A stretch of 63,198 nucleotides of DNA, filler included, from Bigelowiella natans CCMP2755 (Eukaryota > Protista > Cercozoa), in the NCBI GenBank assembly GCA_000320545.1. It is 8 parts of 8 records of this genome, joined end to end, with 100 filler letters (N's around TTAATTAATTAA, not from the genome) between each part and the next. Parts side by side here need not be neighbours in the genome. Positions count along the whole stretch, not along the records: positions 1 to 2,644 come from ADNK01000318.1; positions 2,745 to 10,287 come from ADNK01001153.1; positions 10,388 to 25,634 come from ADNK01001320.1; 5 more parts are not named here. The stretch is one strand, 5' to 3'. The translations under genes and the position numbers were made by a program. Below are positions 1 through 13,452 of the stretch, piece after piece; the stretch's first letter is position 1; the number at the start of each line of letters is the position of its first letter. A model generated the notes under the pieces. The model saw nothing but the letters and a program-made list of their open reading frames with translations, did no database searches and had not been told where the DNA came from.

Positions 1-211
1 GAAATCAGATATTCCTGGTGACTGGTACAGTATGCTGAGGGCCGTCGTTTCGTGGAACTCGTAGAAGGAGCAACTATCAGGGACGCAGCTATTACTCTCC
101 TCATAGTATCCTTCACATGAGTAGCTTGAATGCCTGTAAGATCGTTCATAGGATAGTGCCCGGATGCCATCCACCCCCGGAGCCATCGGTGTGTTTGTAT
201 GCGGATTTCAG

Positions 212-278
212 TGTGGCCCAGAGACAGCTCAGCAGCACGCAGTCTCAGGGGGGTGTTTGTGTTTGTGTGTGTGTGCGT

Positions 279-323
<45 letters not shown>

Positions 324-637
324 AGAGTGCTCGTCGTTAAATCATCGTCATCAGCAGCAGCATCATATTGCCTAGCCGTATTCGTTGTCCTCGTACACCA
401 CCACAGCGGCGACAACAAATTGTGGCCGCTGCGTATAATGGCTTGTTGCTCGTGCATGGAATCACACAGCTCCTTCCTCATCCTCCACCCCCCCCCTCCC
501 ATGTATTACATTAGCTGGAGATGATCACGCGTACAGGTATGGAAATGCAGGCGAGGGTATCAGATGAGGCGAATAAGGTTGGGAATAGTAATAGCGGTGG
601 TGGAGAAAGCCTGTGCAAGAATGCGCGCTCGTGCGCG

Positions 638-720
<83 letters not shown>

Positions 721-1345
721 TTCTCCTCGATCCTTATGTATGAATTCACCGAACCGGCTCCAACCCTCCCTATTTTTTTATCCAAAACTTGTGCGTCCCG
801 CTCATAATAAAGTGCTCGCTGCTCGCGACATGCTATGCCCCCCGCCCCCTCTTTCTGCATCCTAAATAGGCCAAGGCCGAAGGGCGGCGGCTCGAGACGA
901 AGCTTCAACTGCAGGCCGAGAGGTCGGAGCGGCTCGAGAAGCAGATCCAAGATGGGGAGGGAATCTGGGCGGCGCAGGTAAGAATGAATGCATCTCTTCA
1001 TGGAAAGAGATACGATGATATGCATGGAGAGGAGATGGTGACGACCGAAGACTTACGATGACGACGACACTCAAACAACGCTAAAGATTTTCTTGTAATC
1101 AGCGAGCGAAGATGCTCAAGGAAGCTAAGCGAGTGCGGGGGGCGCTCGACCAAAAAGGTAGGTAGCTAGATAGGCAGCAGAGAGGGGAGCGATGAGAAGA
1201 TGAGCAAGAGAGAAAGAAGAAGGGGGCAAAGAACGGGGAGAAATTACTCGGCGTACTTCACCCGGAGGAACTAACTTATCTTTCTGGAATGAACGATTAG
1301 CAGTATTGATAGTGGATAGATGGAATTTGTAGATATTCTACTCAA

Positions 1346-1387
<42 letters not shown>

Positions 1388-1400
1388 AGTATATTATAAA

Positions 1401-1452
<52 letters not shown>

Positions 1453-1468
1453 TTTAATGGGTGTGTGT

Positions 1469-1518
<50 letters not shown>

Positions 1519-2340
1519 TGGCTCGTTCGTTTGATGACAGGCCTCGAATGCCGCACGCTCGCTGGTGAAGTGAAGATGCTCAGAGAGCAGAGCCAGGTGA
1601 TGATGCCCTATTATTACTACTTCTACAACTATTACTATCATCACTATTGTGGCCCACTTCTTCCTTAATTCTACAAATCATTGCACGCAGCGCCTCCCTC
1701 GATTTGGTGGTCTCGACGACATCTTGTTGTCTTTTCATCACGCCCCCCCCCCCTTCGAATACCACCTTGTAAGACACGATGATCACCCCCAAAACTTTGA
1801 TAAACTCCAGAATATGATAACTCGGACAGAGGCCCTGGAAGAGAGCGCGAAACGTATGAGGGGAATTTTTTTTTAAATAGCGTGTTTGCTTGGTTATGCT
1901 CTTTGCTGCTTAAGAATGATGAGAACGAGCGGGTCGTGATGATGACAGTGGATTTGATTTGGCCAGGGACAGAGCAAAGCCTACAAGAGAGATTGGAAGA
2001 TTTGGTAGATTGTCGTCAGTATCGATATCTCCACCCACAGCATGCAAATCTGTCTATCTAACCCCCAAATTCCTCCCTCCCACTCCCACTCTTTCGCACG
2101 CGACTATACACACACACACACACGCGCGCGTTCGCTCTCTGCAGAGGACGAAACAATACAGAATTTCATTCAGTTGGTCTACTACCCCTCTACCAGTCTC
2201 ACAACTATCTCCTCACCCCCCTCGTGACTGATAGCATTTTGGCATAATGAACGTGTACCTTTTCGTAGGAGACGCAGCACCGGAAGGAGATCGATGAGAT
2301 GTCCGCCAGACTTGAAGAGGCGTACAAAATGCACGATGAG
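212..2340 (+). CDS. Multi-exon coiled-coil protein, partial
   Basis: AG/GT-bounded exons with helical charged peptides: GMEMQARVSDEANK (537-577), AKAEGRRLETKLQLQAERSERLEKQIQDGEGIWAAQ, RAKMLKEAKRVRGALDQK, LECRTLAGEVKMLREQSQ, NMITRTEALEESAK, ETQHRKEIDEMSARLEEAYKMHDE (to 2340). No family recognised. Confidence 0.65.
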
Positions 2341-2644
2341 GTGAGCAAGATTTCCCCCTCCCAGTTGGCCATTAAGTATGTAGCGGGAGGACGGCGAGTG
2401 GGGAGAGGTGGGATTGGACACGCTTGGCATATAAAGAGCAGCATCATGCAAGCTGAAGCAGGCAGAAATTAATTGTGATGATAGGCAGGATTTGATAACA
2501 CCACCTCCTCTCTGCGGTGATATCTAATCATAAATATTAATAAAGGCCGAGCGACGGGGTGAGCAGTCGCTTATAGAGCAAACAGGCATAACGAAAAAGG
2601 TGCATGCTCTAAGTGTGTCTACTCCCTAATTCTCTCTCTCTCTC

Positions 2645-2744
2645 NNNNNNNNNNNNNNNNNNNNNNNNNNNNNNNNNNNNNNNNNNNNTTAATTAATTAA
2701 NNNNNNNNNNNNNNNNNNNNNNNNNNNNNNNNNNNNNNNNNNNN
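2645..2744. other. Artificial contig spacer
   Basis: 44 N + TTAATTAATTAA (stops in all six frames) + 44 N; same structure seven times in the window. Confidence 0.97.
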
Positions 2745-2937
2745 CATTGCCGTCACCATTCGTATTTTTTTGAGTTTGTTCATATCATATATCTTCAATT
2801 GTTGTTGCTGGCATTCAGGCGGTCCCCACCCCCGCTCCAACATTACCTCTTCCAACAGAAGAACAGCTTAAGGTAGAAAGTGAGGGAGAGGGGGTGGGGG
2901 GGGGGGGGGGGGTCGGGAGAGATTGTGCTTTGAAATC

Positions 2938-4054
2938 TCAAAGTTTCTCCCCATCGTCTCCATTGAAAGGAACTTGATGTCCCAAACATAGTCTTATTTC
3001 ATGCCACAGCGGGTGCATACACCAACAATTCTTTTCAACTGCTGATGCAAACAGAATATACCCAAAGTCATTCGAGAAAGACTCACCTCGCAACACGAGA
3101 GCGGCCAACTGACAAATAGCCAATATCTGTGAGTAGATCCCCAACTCAATCCCTTATGCTAGAGATAGCAATGCTGCGAGCCCCTTCCCCCCCTCGCTCT
3201 GCACCGTCATACTTCGCTGTTCACCGATAGAAGATGCTGCATTTCCGCGCCTTGGATGTGTGTTACAGGCAAGTTGTAGGACAGTATCAGCCAACCTCCC
3301 CCCATCCCAAGGTCAGGACGAAGAATGAGTCCCATGTGCAATTCCATCCACCAACAACAACAACTGCCGTAATACATGACGCCTCTCCCTTCCTTCTATA
3401 AACAGTGGCCTCAGGAAGACTTTCTCAGTTCTCCCCGAGGAGGAAAGGAACTCAAAATGCTCCGGTGTTTTGGACGGATGAGGGTGCTGCTGCTGGTCCA
3501 CTCGGCAGCGGGGGGTGAGAGGGGGGGGGAGGGGGAGCGACGCGGAGGCAGATGCTTCTCAAGACGGTCAGTATTCGTTTTCTTCTACACAATCAAAAGC
3601 ATGTGGATAATAATAAAGCTGATGATGATGACGACGACGCGAATGTGCATATGTTGGATTAACCATCACTGAAGGGGCGCGTATGCCTCGTGTAGGCTTG
3701 ACTCACTTCGATACATATCTGCTTTTGGTCTGTTTTATTGGTGTTGATATCATCATCATCACCGCCATTACCATCGTCATCACCATCGCCATCACCATCA
3801 CCATGAAAAACCATTTGAATATCAGGGATCGGATACTGGAAATCAGCATTTAATGACCCCCTCGTTGAAGGCGCTGCTGATCTTAAAAAATCGCCATTCT
3901 CCTCGCCCTCTTCCCTTACAGCCAGTCGATCGATGATGCAGGGGGTACTTGCTGTCATCATTGAAGAGAAAATGAAAATATAACAGCGTGCGGTCATTAT
4001 ATTGACAATATGATAATATTGCGAAGTGTTAGCTGTTTCCCTCTCCTACTTCCT

Positions 4055-4098
<44 letters not shown>

Positions 4099-4338
4099 CC
4101 CACAACTATCTACACTTATTCTCACAAACGAATAGTGCATCATGTTGTTTCATCATCTTCTTCTTCCTCTTACTTTCACTGCCATTGGATATGATAGCCG
4201 GTATCGAGCTCCGGCCAAATCGTCTCCCCCTCTGAACTAATGTCGGCTGCAATGGAGGGAACTGAAAGAGAGGCCCCCCAACCTCCTCATCAGCAGCGTC
4301 CTCGACGTTCTGACAAAGCCGTTGAGTTCTTCCGACAT
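2938..4338 (-). CDS. Hypothetical multi-exon protein, partial
   Basis: Protein-like segments MSEELNGFVRTSRTLLMRRLG.., DRLAVREEGEENGDFLRSAAP.., KTPEHFEFLSSSGRTEKVFLRPLF.., LGIYSQILAICQLAALVLRGESF..; exon joins not resolved. Confidence 0.4.
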
Positions 4339-4815
4339 CGTACGTGCCCCCCCTCTAATCGAAGGAGAAGCTATACGAATAATAACCCCTGAGAGATCAC
4401 TGTTGTGCTACCCTCGACGGGGATGATGCCTCTCTGTTACAGCGTGCCGTTCGTTCACCGTTTGCTCGCTTTGATGAGGGTCCTTGAGACAGCCTAAAGC
4501 CCTTCTATGAAAATGCCATCATTTTTCAAAATTCGCTTTGCCTCATAAGGATCTACCCCCCCCCCCCCAACCCCCCTTGAATCTTCTTTGAACCTGGGGG
4601 GGGGGTGGACTTTGTGAAGGTGTTTCGCGAGTTTTGGGGTCCGGGAGAGTATGAGCGTGGCTTTGAAGTGCAATATCTACATCACGGGCACGTTAAAGGT
4701 TTGGCGTGTTTCCTACGGATGTGCGTGCACATGCAGTCGTCAAGTGTACCTTCCGATTTCGGCGGTGCCTGCTGTGGAGAATGTCTCACCGTGCGACTGT
4801 GCTAACTCGTAGGAT

Positions 4816-5159
4816 ATGGACAAATACCAGAATATACTCGTCTCCAACGCAACATATTACGTGCTAAATCGCGACGAAATCGATCCCGAAAACCGTGCAG
4901 GAGGGCGGTTCTTTGACTGGGTAGAAGGAGATGTGTGTAGTTGGGTTTGTTTATGTGTGTGTGTATGTGTGTGTGTGAGCTTGTGTTTGTGTGTTTGTGT
5001 GAGTGAGTGAGTGAATGTGTGCGCTTTAGTTGTCAGTGCTCAAGAATGTACACTGCCACTTCATCATATAACAACAACAACAACAACACTGACAGGATAC
5101 CCCTCCAGCGGCAAAGGCCAAACTGCGTGAGATGGTGATATACATATTCGAACATGAAC

Positions 5160-5198
<39 letters not shown>

Positions 5199-5513
5199 CT
5201 GCCCATAGGCCGTCTCATACCTGCGTTGTAGTGCAAGTTGTTTGGGATGGATAACCATCATCACCTACCCTCATTTTTATTGAGGGAACGATGCTGAGGA
5301 AGTAGCAGCTATAGTGTGGACGAAGTAACACCGACAAAGCTCTCACCATCAACCAATTTTCAGGCCGAGAAAGGAGTGCGAGAAGTGAGTATTAGAGGAA
5401 ATTATATCCGGAGGATATATATGGGGTATGTATAAAGAACACGATGATGATAGTGATAGTGGAGATCATCAGTCATCTTGGAAATCGTGTATTCGTTAAT
5501 GGCAGATGTGTGT

Positions 5514-5555
<42 letters not shown>

Positions 5556-5900
5556 TGTTAATATAATTTTGTAGGGCTGAAGTCCCTCTCGATAGCCATA
5601 TGCTCCTTAGGTGTAACAATAGCAATAACAACAACAACAACAACACCAATTGTTGGCTGCTTTTTTATCAATGTATATAGTCTGAATGGCGATGATGACC
5701 GTGTTGGCATGCACAGCATGCATGTGTTGCCATACCCACCGGTTCTTGAAGGATCCAGGCACATGTGATAGAAGACATGCATGAGTTAGATGTACTCTGC
5801 AACAAATAATGACAGCTTGTCCGGCGTGGAAAATCCTGGCAAATTTCTGGAGCATGAGGTTATATGGAGAATAAATATACAAATGATATATACATATACA

Positions 5901-5939
<39 letters not shown>

Positions 5940-6663
5940 ATAGTGTGCGTGCATCCATTGTGCAGCACTACTACAACTGAATCGTGTTGCCCTCCTCGAG
6001 AAGATATTTCCGACTGACAAAAACGCGGAATTTCAAATCATTTTTCCACTGTGCACAGCTCCTCGATATTCCTCCTTGCTGTCACTCTTCGGCTAGTTCG
6101 TCCTTGTTCTGATCCGTTTTTTGCCTTCCCCTCACGTCGTTTGGTGGCGGCGCAGACACTAAACATCTCTCTTACATACAGAAACGGGTGAATCAGGGTA
6201 TGACGCATATGGACGCGGTCAGGATTCTATGCGATATAGAACAGAGAAATATCAAGAAAAAGGCCAACAGGTGCTGCTACAATAGCGCCGAGTTCCTACA
6301 CCTACATGCCTCTTTCGTCTTCGCTTCTTCCTTTTCCTATACCTTTTTCTTTCTTATACTCCGACCTCCCTCTAGCCCTCCCTGCCATCATCATCATCAC
6401 CACCATCATCATCATCATCATCATCATCATTATCAGCCTACGTCGGGTCGAGAACCTGCTTTACACGCGCATTGCAAGGGACAACGAAGAGACGTTGAAA
6501 GCAGCAGCACGCAGCAGAAGTAGCAGAAGCAGCCGCGTGGTAAAGATGGGTATGCCTCTTCCTCCTGGCGTGAGGGTCATTGAGGAAGTCATACACGCAC
6601 ACGGCTGATCTGTGCAAATATACATGTTCGATGGCGTGTGTCTATGCTGAAACGTATTTGTAT

Positions 6664-6702
<39 letters not shown>

Positions 6703-7653
6703 CAAGAGCGCAATATCATTTGAATATATTGGTGGATACTGAAACTAATGATAACTCGCGTGGCACAGGATGATAGCCTGCTGATATCCGATGGGAACGC
6801 TGTGTATGCGAAGAATTACCAAGAGACCATTCGGCCCCGACCCTCCAACCCAAATAACGAGATCGTGAGGAAGGAGAACTGGTTTGTTGTAGTGTTCTCT
6901 GCAAGATGCGATGATAATGACGATGACGATGACGATGGGAATGCATTGACTAATGCTTCGTTACTGATATGTGCTCGATCAGTCTGGGGATCTTCAAGAT
7001 GAAGATGATGGACAACGACGATGACGGAGAAGCAGGAGGAGAAGAGAAGAGGCACTCAAAGGACAACGACAACTCTCACTACTACTACTTTATGTCAGAC
7101 GATGATGAAAAGAATGCCGATGTAACAAGGTCCCGGGCAGTAGCAGCGGCTGCTGCACATCCGAGGAGGGGGAAAGGGGGGGGGGGGAGACGTATGAAGT
7201 CGGTCTATAACGATGTAGATCTTGCCCCCGGCGAAAGCTCTGAGGTGGAGACAGCACGTGTTTTGAGGAAGAAGGTGGAAGCGCTTGAGGACGTTGCAAG
7301 CGACCAGCTCGTTGGAGATGTGCCCAACGTGCCTGACAACGACGGCAACACGGGGTATATAACTCACGGCCTAAGTGTACAAGGAGAGGGGGAGAGGGGG
7401 AGGGGGGGAGAGGGTTGAAGAAAATGGAAAGAAGCATTTGCAGATATCATTGGCGCTTACGATAGACATATACTGGTGTTGTGGATATGGATGACGGTGG
7501 TATTGTGATCCATCCTCCTCATCAGCTATATAGACCCAGCGACCGGAGAAAAACACGACTATAAGCCTCTCACGTGGCAGGAGATGAACTTCAGTCCAAT
7601 GTATGCTACCGCCGATCTATGTATTTACCCACATGTATGCTAAAATTCATATA

Positions 7654-7728
<75 letters not shown>

Positions 7729-8406
7729 AAGCTGCTGAGTGCTACATATCCAAGGATTGTTGTTCATTTGTCATGTCGTAAAATTCCTTGCACTTGCGCA
7801 CAAAGAGTCTAAGATGCCTCAACTGCCCGCGAGAACACTCCCAACATGCGAGGAGGAGGCTGCCCCGTGCCACCTTCTCATACTGCCAGCCACTATGCCA
7901 TATCTCGTCTCTTCAAAAACGCGCTCGTGATCAGACCGATATTTTACGTAATATCAGGTATCAACCGGAGCTCTTGACGATGGCAAAGCTGCATCCTTGG
8001 ATACAAAACAGATCACTGCAGTAATATAGCAAAAAGACAACATCATGCGACAGCCTTCCTTTTGACCAAAAACAAGTCATTTTCGTGGTAGATCTGATGT
8101 GAGGTTTATGACGCTTCTCACAAAAGCACACCATATCCTAGCGCACATTATTGCTATTTCCGCCTTGTTGCTCGATATGGCTTCGATGCAGTGAGCAGCC
8201 ATCTTGACAAAGTTGACATTGATTTTTTTCCATTTTTTTTTTATCTCTTCCAACCAATTAAATCAGCAAATTAGCTGCATCCTATAATATATCTGACACC
8301 GACGGATGGGAGGATGATACCGGCCACAGTCCTATATATGACCAAGTCAACTTGCCCCCTCTTACTTCTGGAGACGACTCCGAGGCTTATATATTCTCTA
8401 GGTTTT
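4816..8406 (+). CDS. Hypothetical multi-exon protein
   Basis: ATG at 4816 (MDKYQNILVSNATYYVLNRDEIDPENRAGGRFFDW), then AG/GT-bounded exons such as LRRVENLLYTRIARDNEETLK, DDSLLISDGNAVYAKNYQETIRPRP, SVYNDVDLAPGESSEVETARVLRKKVEALED, DPATGEKHDYKPLTWQEMNFSP. 3' end uncertain. Confidence 0.5.
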
Positions 8407-8635
8407 AGAAAATATTATCAATGGTGACGGAGCAGCTAATAAGATCATCCTCGTCGGGGTTGTAAAGACGTTTGTAGGAGAGTTTCACTGTTTCCCATCG
8501 TTCGTCATTCCTATGCGACACGTGCGGCTAGATGCGCCCAACTGTTACTTGTGTATCATGAAGTACGATATTAGAGAAAATCGCCATGCTGCATGCATAT
8601 GTATAGCCAGAGTTGGCGTTTCTCTTAACCCTCTA

Positions 8636-8689
8636 AGACGGATGTAATCAATCAAATTCAACATGTTCAATTGTATGTGCTAATTATAG
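8636..8689 (+). repeat. Degenerate copy A of dispersed AGACGGATGTAATGAA repeat
   Basis: AGACGGATGTAAT..TTCAATTGT matches the start of the copies at 8827 and 16229. Confidence 0.55.
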
Positions 8690-8826
8690 TATCGATTAAG
8701 GCGACTACACATACATGTGATGGCGATGATTCATTATAAATATGAGCTAGCAAGAAAGCAAGTTGTGTAGCTCATTTATAACAAATGCTCAAACACTACA
8801 AAATTGATCCTACAGCCTGTCATTAT

Positions 8827-8899
8827 GAGACGGATTTAATGAAGTGATTAAATCTTTTCAACTGTCATCCTAATGTAGCTATGCAAAGCAGCGGCTACA
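8827..8899 (+). repeat. Copy B of dispersed TIR-like repeat
   Basis: GAGACGGATTTAATGAAGTGATTAAATCTTTTCAACTGTCATCCTAATGTAGCTATGCAAAGCAGCGGCTACA; 68/73 identical to 16229-16301. Confidence 0.9.
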
Positions 8900-9258
8900 T
8901 TGTTATGTATTGGCCTATTGCGAGTTGTGCTGGCGCGTCTGATTGGCTAATCTGCCTCATAGTGTGAGCCAACAATAAAGACGAGAATGATGCAAACATA
9001 TCCGTGTAATGATTGTTGTATCATGTCACATCATCGGCCATTCAAGAAATGTTAGCTTTAGACCTCTATCATACACAGCAAGCATGCTGCTGCTACTCCC
9101 GCTGCTGCAGCCTCTTCCCAGTTCTTCAAATGGCATCGAAACCATTCCTGAAAGCGAAAGATGATGCACGATTATGTCAGCGCTCTGTATGCATTCTTGC
9201 TTTTGATAAATTGTGGGAGAGACATTTCAAGCAGCAATCAGAATTATAGCACAATCAT

Positions 9259-9341
<83 letters not shown>

Positions 9342-9364
9342 CAAGGGGGAGGTGGCATTAATAG

Positions 9365-9450
<86 letters not shown>

Positions 9451-10179
9451 ATGAGTGCATGTGTGCACGTGTGCGTGTGGGAGGGGGGGGTTCCTCCCAC
9501 CATAAATACACGGAGTGTTGTATTCATGCCACGCTATAGAAGACGTCCTATACTTGTTTGGCCCCCAACTGACCGCACAAGAAGCGAGAGGGAAGGTGGA
9601 GGGGTCGGGGAGGGAGGGAGGGAGGGAGAGAGAGAGAGAGAGAGAGAAAGAATAGAAGAAAACGGCAAGGGAGAAATGAAAAAGCTAGAGAAATTCGTCA
9701 GTTATTTTCTTTCTTTTACGATTAGCAGAAGCGCCGCGGGACTTTATGTTGGGATCGGCCTCCAACCGCGGCAAGATGTTTCTGTGTGTAGGAAGGAGTG
9801 AGTCATCAACATGAAGAGAGTAACGAGGTGTTGGTATGCAGTCGTGAGAATAATGATGATGCCCGCTACTTCTGCTGCTGCTGCTGCTGCTGTTGTTGAT
9901 GATGATGATGGACGAATGATGGTGAAATGCATGATGCACTCACAGTCGATAATGCGCGTTGATTTGCCGCACGATACGATTGACGGCACCGACAACGCGA
10001 AGGAAGAAGCTGGGGCACATCAACGAGTGGGAGAAGAGAGAAATTAACAACGAGGAGGAGAACACCAGCACAACGACGGTACGACACGGTAGGTGTAATA
10101 AGTCACTGCTATCATCATCAGCCATTCGTTGATCAAATTGGCGCTTCCTCCACCACCACTACCACCACACACATACACA

Positions 10180-10231
<52 letters not shown>

Positions 10232-10243
10232 AACTTATATATA

Positions 10244-10287
<44 letters not shown>

Positions 10288-10387
10288 NNNNNNNNNNNNN
10301 NNNNNNNNNNNNNNNNNNNNNNNNNNNNNNNTTAATTAATTAANNNNNNNNNNNNNNNNNNNNNNNNNNNNNNNNNNNNNNNNNNNN
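10288..10387. other. Artificial contig spacer
   Basis: N44-TTAATTAATTAA-N44. Confidence 0.97.
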
Positions 10388-10699
10388 GTAGAGGGGTAAC
10401 GATATAGTAGGAGGAGGAGGAGAAGGGAGGGCACCCTTGACGTGTACCAAAGCATATATCAAACCAAATCAATCAACTTCCTTCACTTTATGAAGCCAGT
10501 TGAGATATTGTGCGAGGAGAAATGGGAGGGGGTGGTGGTAGTCGGCGATACTGCAGATGTGACGTACGACTAAGAGAGGGGGATGATGTGGGCGTTTGAG
10601 TTATTCACATCGTCGTCAGTTCCCCTCTCACAGTTGAGATACTCTTTTCCCCCCCCCCCCCCCCCCCCTCCCTCCATTTTCGTATGATATGTTCGACAG

Positions 10700-11761
10700 C
10701 AATCTGGATGCCTTTGAGCGGATCCTTGCAGCCATAGAGCCGTACATATGGCCTGATGCAAGTAAGTAGTAGTATCTTCAGCAGATAATGGTATTAGGGG
10801 GGGGGGAGGGAAAGAGGAGGAAGAGAAAGAATAGCAACCACCATTCCAGCGTACATCATCAGCTCTCACCAGCTCTCATCATCGATCAATAGTATTATCA
10901 TCAACTTTATCCTTCGTTTCTTTTGGTTCGTCGTTGTGTTGTCGTTCATTCAATCTTCCTCACTACGTGCAGGAATATGCGAGCTGTATGGTGGAATCGG
11001 CACCATTGGCCTACAGTTGAGTAGTTATTACTTCGTTATTACTCACAAGCCGCCCAGATATAGCGTATATAGTGTTGTTGTTGTTGTTGTTGTTGTTTAG
11101 TAGTAGTTGAAAAAAGGACAAATTTGAATGCGGTTTTGCCTTATTCTCTGATATCGATGGATATGCTCGTAGCGAAGACCACCACTTATTCACCCGCCTT
11201 TTCTTTCCCATCTGTTTACCTGTCTTAATTGCAACGGTGATTAATAGGTACATGGATAAAGCGGAGTGGCTAAGATCCAGCGACACCTCTCCCTTTCTTT
11301 CACCCTGTGTAAATCAGATTCTCAAGGAACTTAATCGTAGCAGCAAGAAGAAGAGTAATAAAGCCAACAGCAGAGCCACCAGCACCTCCTCTATTGCTAG
11401 CAGAGCATTTTTCAAGAGTTCAGATGCATTGAGGTATGCAGTACATGTGATGATGCTGCACGCGTGTTTGTGTGTCTAATAAAGACGCTGATTTGTTGTT
11501 TGTGGTAGTGGTTTAGATGCCGGGCAAGCTGTGGGGGCAGATATCATGATAGTTGATCCTCCGCGCAAGGGTAGTAGTAGTAGTAGTAGTAGTAGTAGTT
11601 GTTGTTGCTGTTGTAGTAGAAATAGAAATAGTAGTAGTAGTAGCAGTAGCAGTAGTAGTAGTAGTAGTAGTAGTAGGGTTCATAGCAGCCGCATCTGGCC
11701 TTGCATTCGTGTGTGCTACATTATTTTTTATTACGTCTGCTGATTGAGTGTCTCTACACAA

Positions 11762-11803
<42 letters not shown>

Positions 11804-12773
11804 ACACTTACCACGCATGCATACAGGATTCGAACCGGGGGTGCTGAACAAGCTGATAAATTCTAAGGACCCTAGCACAAAAGGTAGTAGGCAGAATTAG
11901 AAGAGAAACACCCTACCTGTGAAGAGAGGAGGAGGAAAAAGAGCACATGACAACGACAACAATGATGATCATGATGATGATGATGATGATGATGGCATGG
12001 TGATGATGGATGTGCATGGAACTACCCTTATATTAAAGTATCATCGGTAGGAGAATAAAGGGGGAGGGAAGGGAAGGAAGTATCATGCTTGTTCAACAGC
12101 ATTGCCATCTTCATATCGTTGATTATCGTGAACATCCATCATCGCCATCATCATCTTAGATATCCAGAGACTAGTCTACGTGTCATGTGGCTTCGATGCC
12201 TTCCGGAGGGATGCAACAAGGCTCATACAAGATGGGTCTGGAGCTGTTTCCGCGACTACTCGCGCGACGTTTTTCGAATGCTATGCTTCTTTTATCATGC
12301 CTGAGTGTGTTGTGTATTGTATGTCGGTGTGTAATCGTCAATCAGCTCGTGGAGTTTGAAGTTCGCAGAGGGGCACATTCTCTTTCCTGGGTGTGCCAGC
12401 AGCCGCTTGTTTGCGTATCATCGTAGTAGTAGTAGTAGTAGTAGTATAGTTGTAGTAGTAGTAGTAGAGACGTGTAGCACTTTGTCTTAGACTCGTTTAA
12501 TGGTAGTTATGATGATGTGAAATAGTTCGTTGCGCTTTATTGAACCGCGTGATATTGATGATGATGAAGTGGCGTCCATCTTTGCGTGATGTGGATTGAT
12601 ATCAGCTAGTTGTTTCTGGCTCTTTGATCGGTGATGTCATTTCGAAGCGCTTGATTATCTGCTGATGACTCTTATTATGATCCTCATAAGTTTGTTCATG
12701 CGGTTGATTGATTAGGTCTGACCACATAGAGACTTTGGCAGTGTTTGACAGGCACGTCAATCATCAACTGTAG
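10700..12773 (+). CDS. TrmA/RlmD-family SAM-dependent RNA (uracil-5) methyltransferase, 5' partial
   Basis: Exons give NLDAFERIL, ELYGGIGTIGL (SAM-binding motif I), DIMIVDPPRKG, RLVYVSCGFDAFRRD (catalytic Cys), AEGHILFPG, SDHIETLAVFDR, TAG at 12771-12773: the ordered TrmA/RlmD motif set. Confidence 0.9.
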
Positions 12774-13452
12774 AAGATGGTCGTGTAGATGATGGTGGTG
12801 GTGGTGCTGTGGACATTCGCATACAGTGTAAATTTAGATTTGTCCATTTGTCGTCAAGTACGGCGTTTACATAGCATTTATCATACTTACTACGATAATT
12901 TATGGTCTGTCGAATGTTGTGGGATTATCAACACATTGTTGTGCAAACAACATCTGCCACGCGTAAGCTTGAGACCTTCCCTAGCCTTCTTGTGACAGCA
13001 GCTGATTCTTGCTGTCCATATGGTGCGCAATTTTAGCGCGCGCTGCTGTATGGCTTAATTCACACCGCTTACACATGTGATACGTTTATTGCATCATGGT
13101 GCCTGTATGATCGATGAGGCCGACACATACGGGGCAATGCTAGGACGGCAATAAAGGGCAAGAATAATTTTGCTAGATTGCTGTCTGTTACATGGTGGCC
13201 AGAGCTAGAGAGTATATATAAGAGCTGCTAAGAAATGACTGCTACATATTGCTATCACGATTGGCGCTGCAACTCAATAGACGAACGCACGCATGGCATA
13301 TTTGCATCCAAGGTCAAACAGACATGGTCGTCGTAGCAGACAGCTCATCATGCAAGCAGGTGTAGCAGGGAGTGCGCTAAATGAACCAAAATGCTTCCAT
13401 CTCCGTCTTAAAAACATATATGGACTTGTCTAGTAGTGTATAATCGTGCCCT

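Noticed and set aside
280-317. ORF-track proteins made of RERE, HTHT, YIYI, SLSL, CVCV
   Set aside because: Translations of intronic dinucleotide microsatellites. Their similar lengths (about 30-45 nt) may reflect assembly collapse.
2689-2700. TTAATTAATTAA palindrome recurring seven times
   Set aside because: Always centred in 44+44 N: a synthetic six-frame-stop linker, not biology.
8827-8899. SECIS or H/ACA snoRNA reading of the two-stem repeat
   Set aside because: No correctly placed GA quartet partner or ANANNA hinge; inverted and truncated copies fit an element terminus better.
9538-10090. Exon-like pieces before the 10288 spacer as the 5' end of the methyltransferase
   Set aside because: No family motif, frame ambiguous, and continuity across the spacer is unproven.
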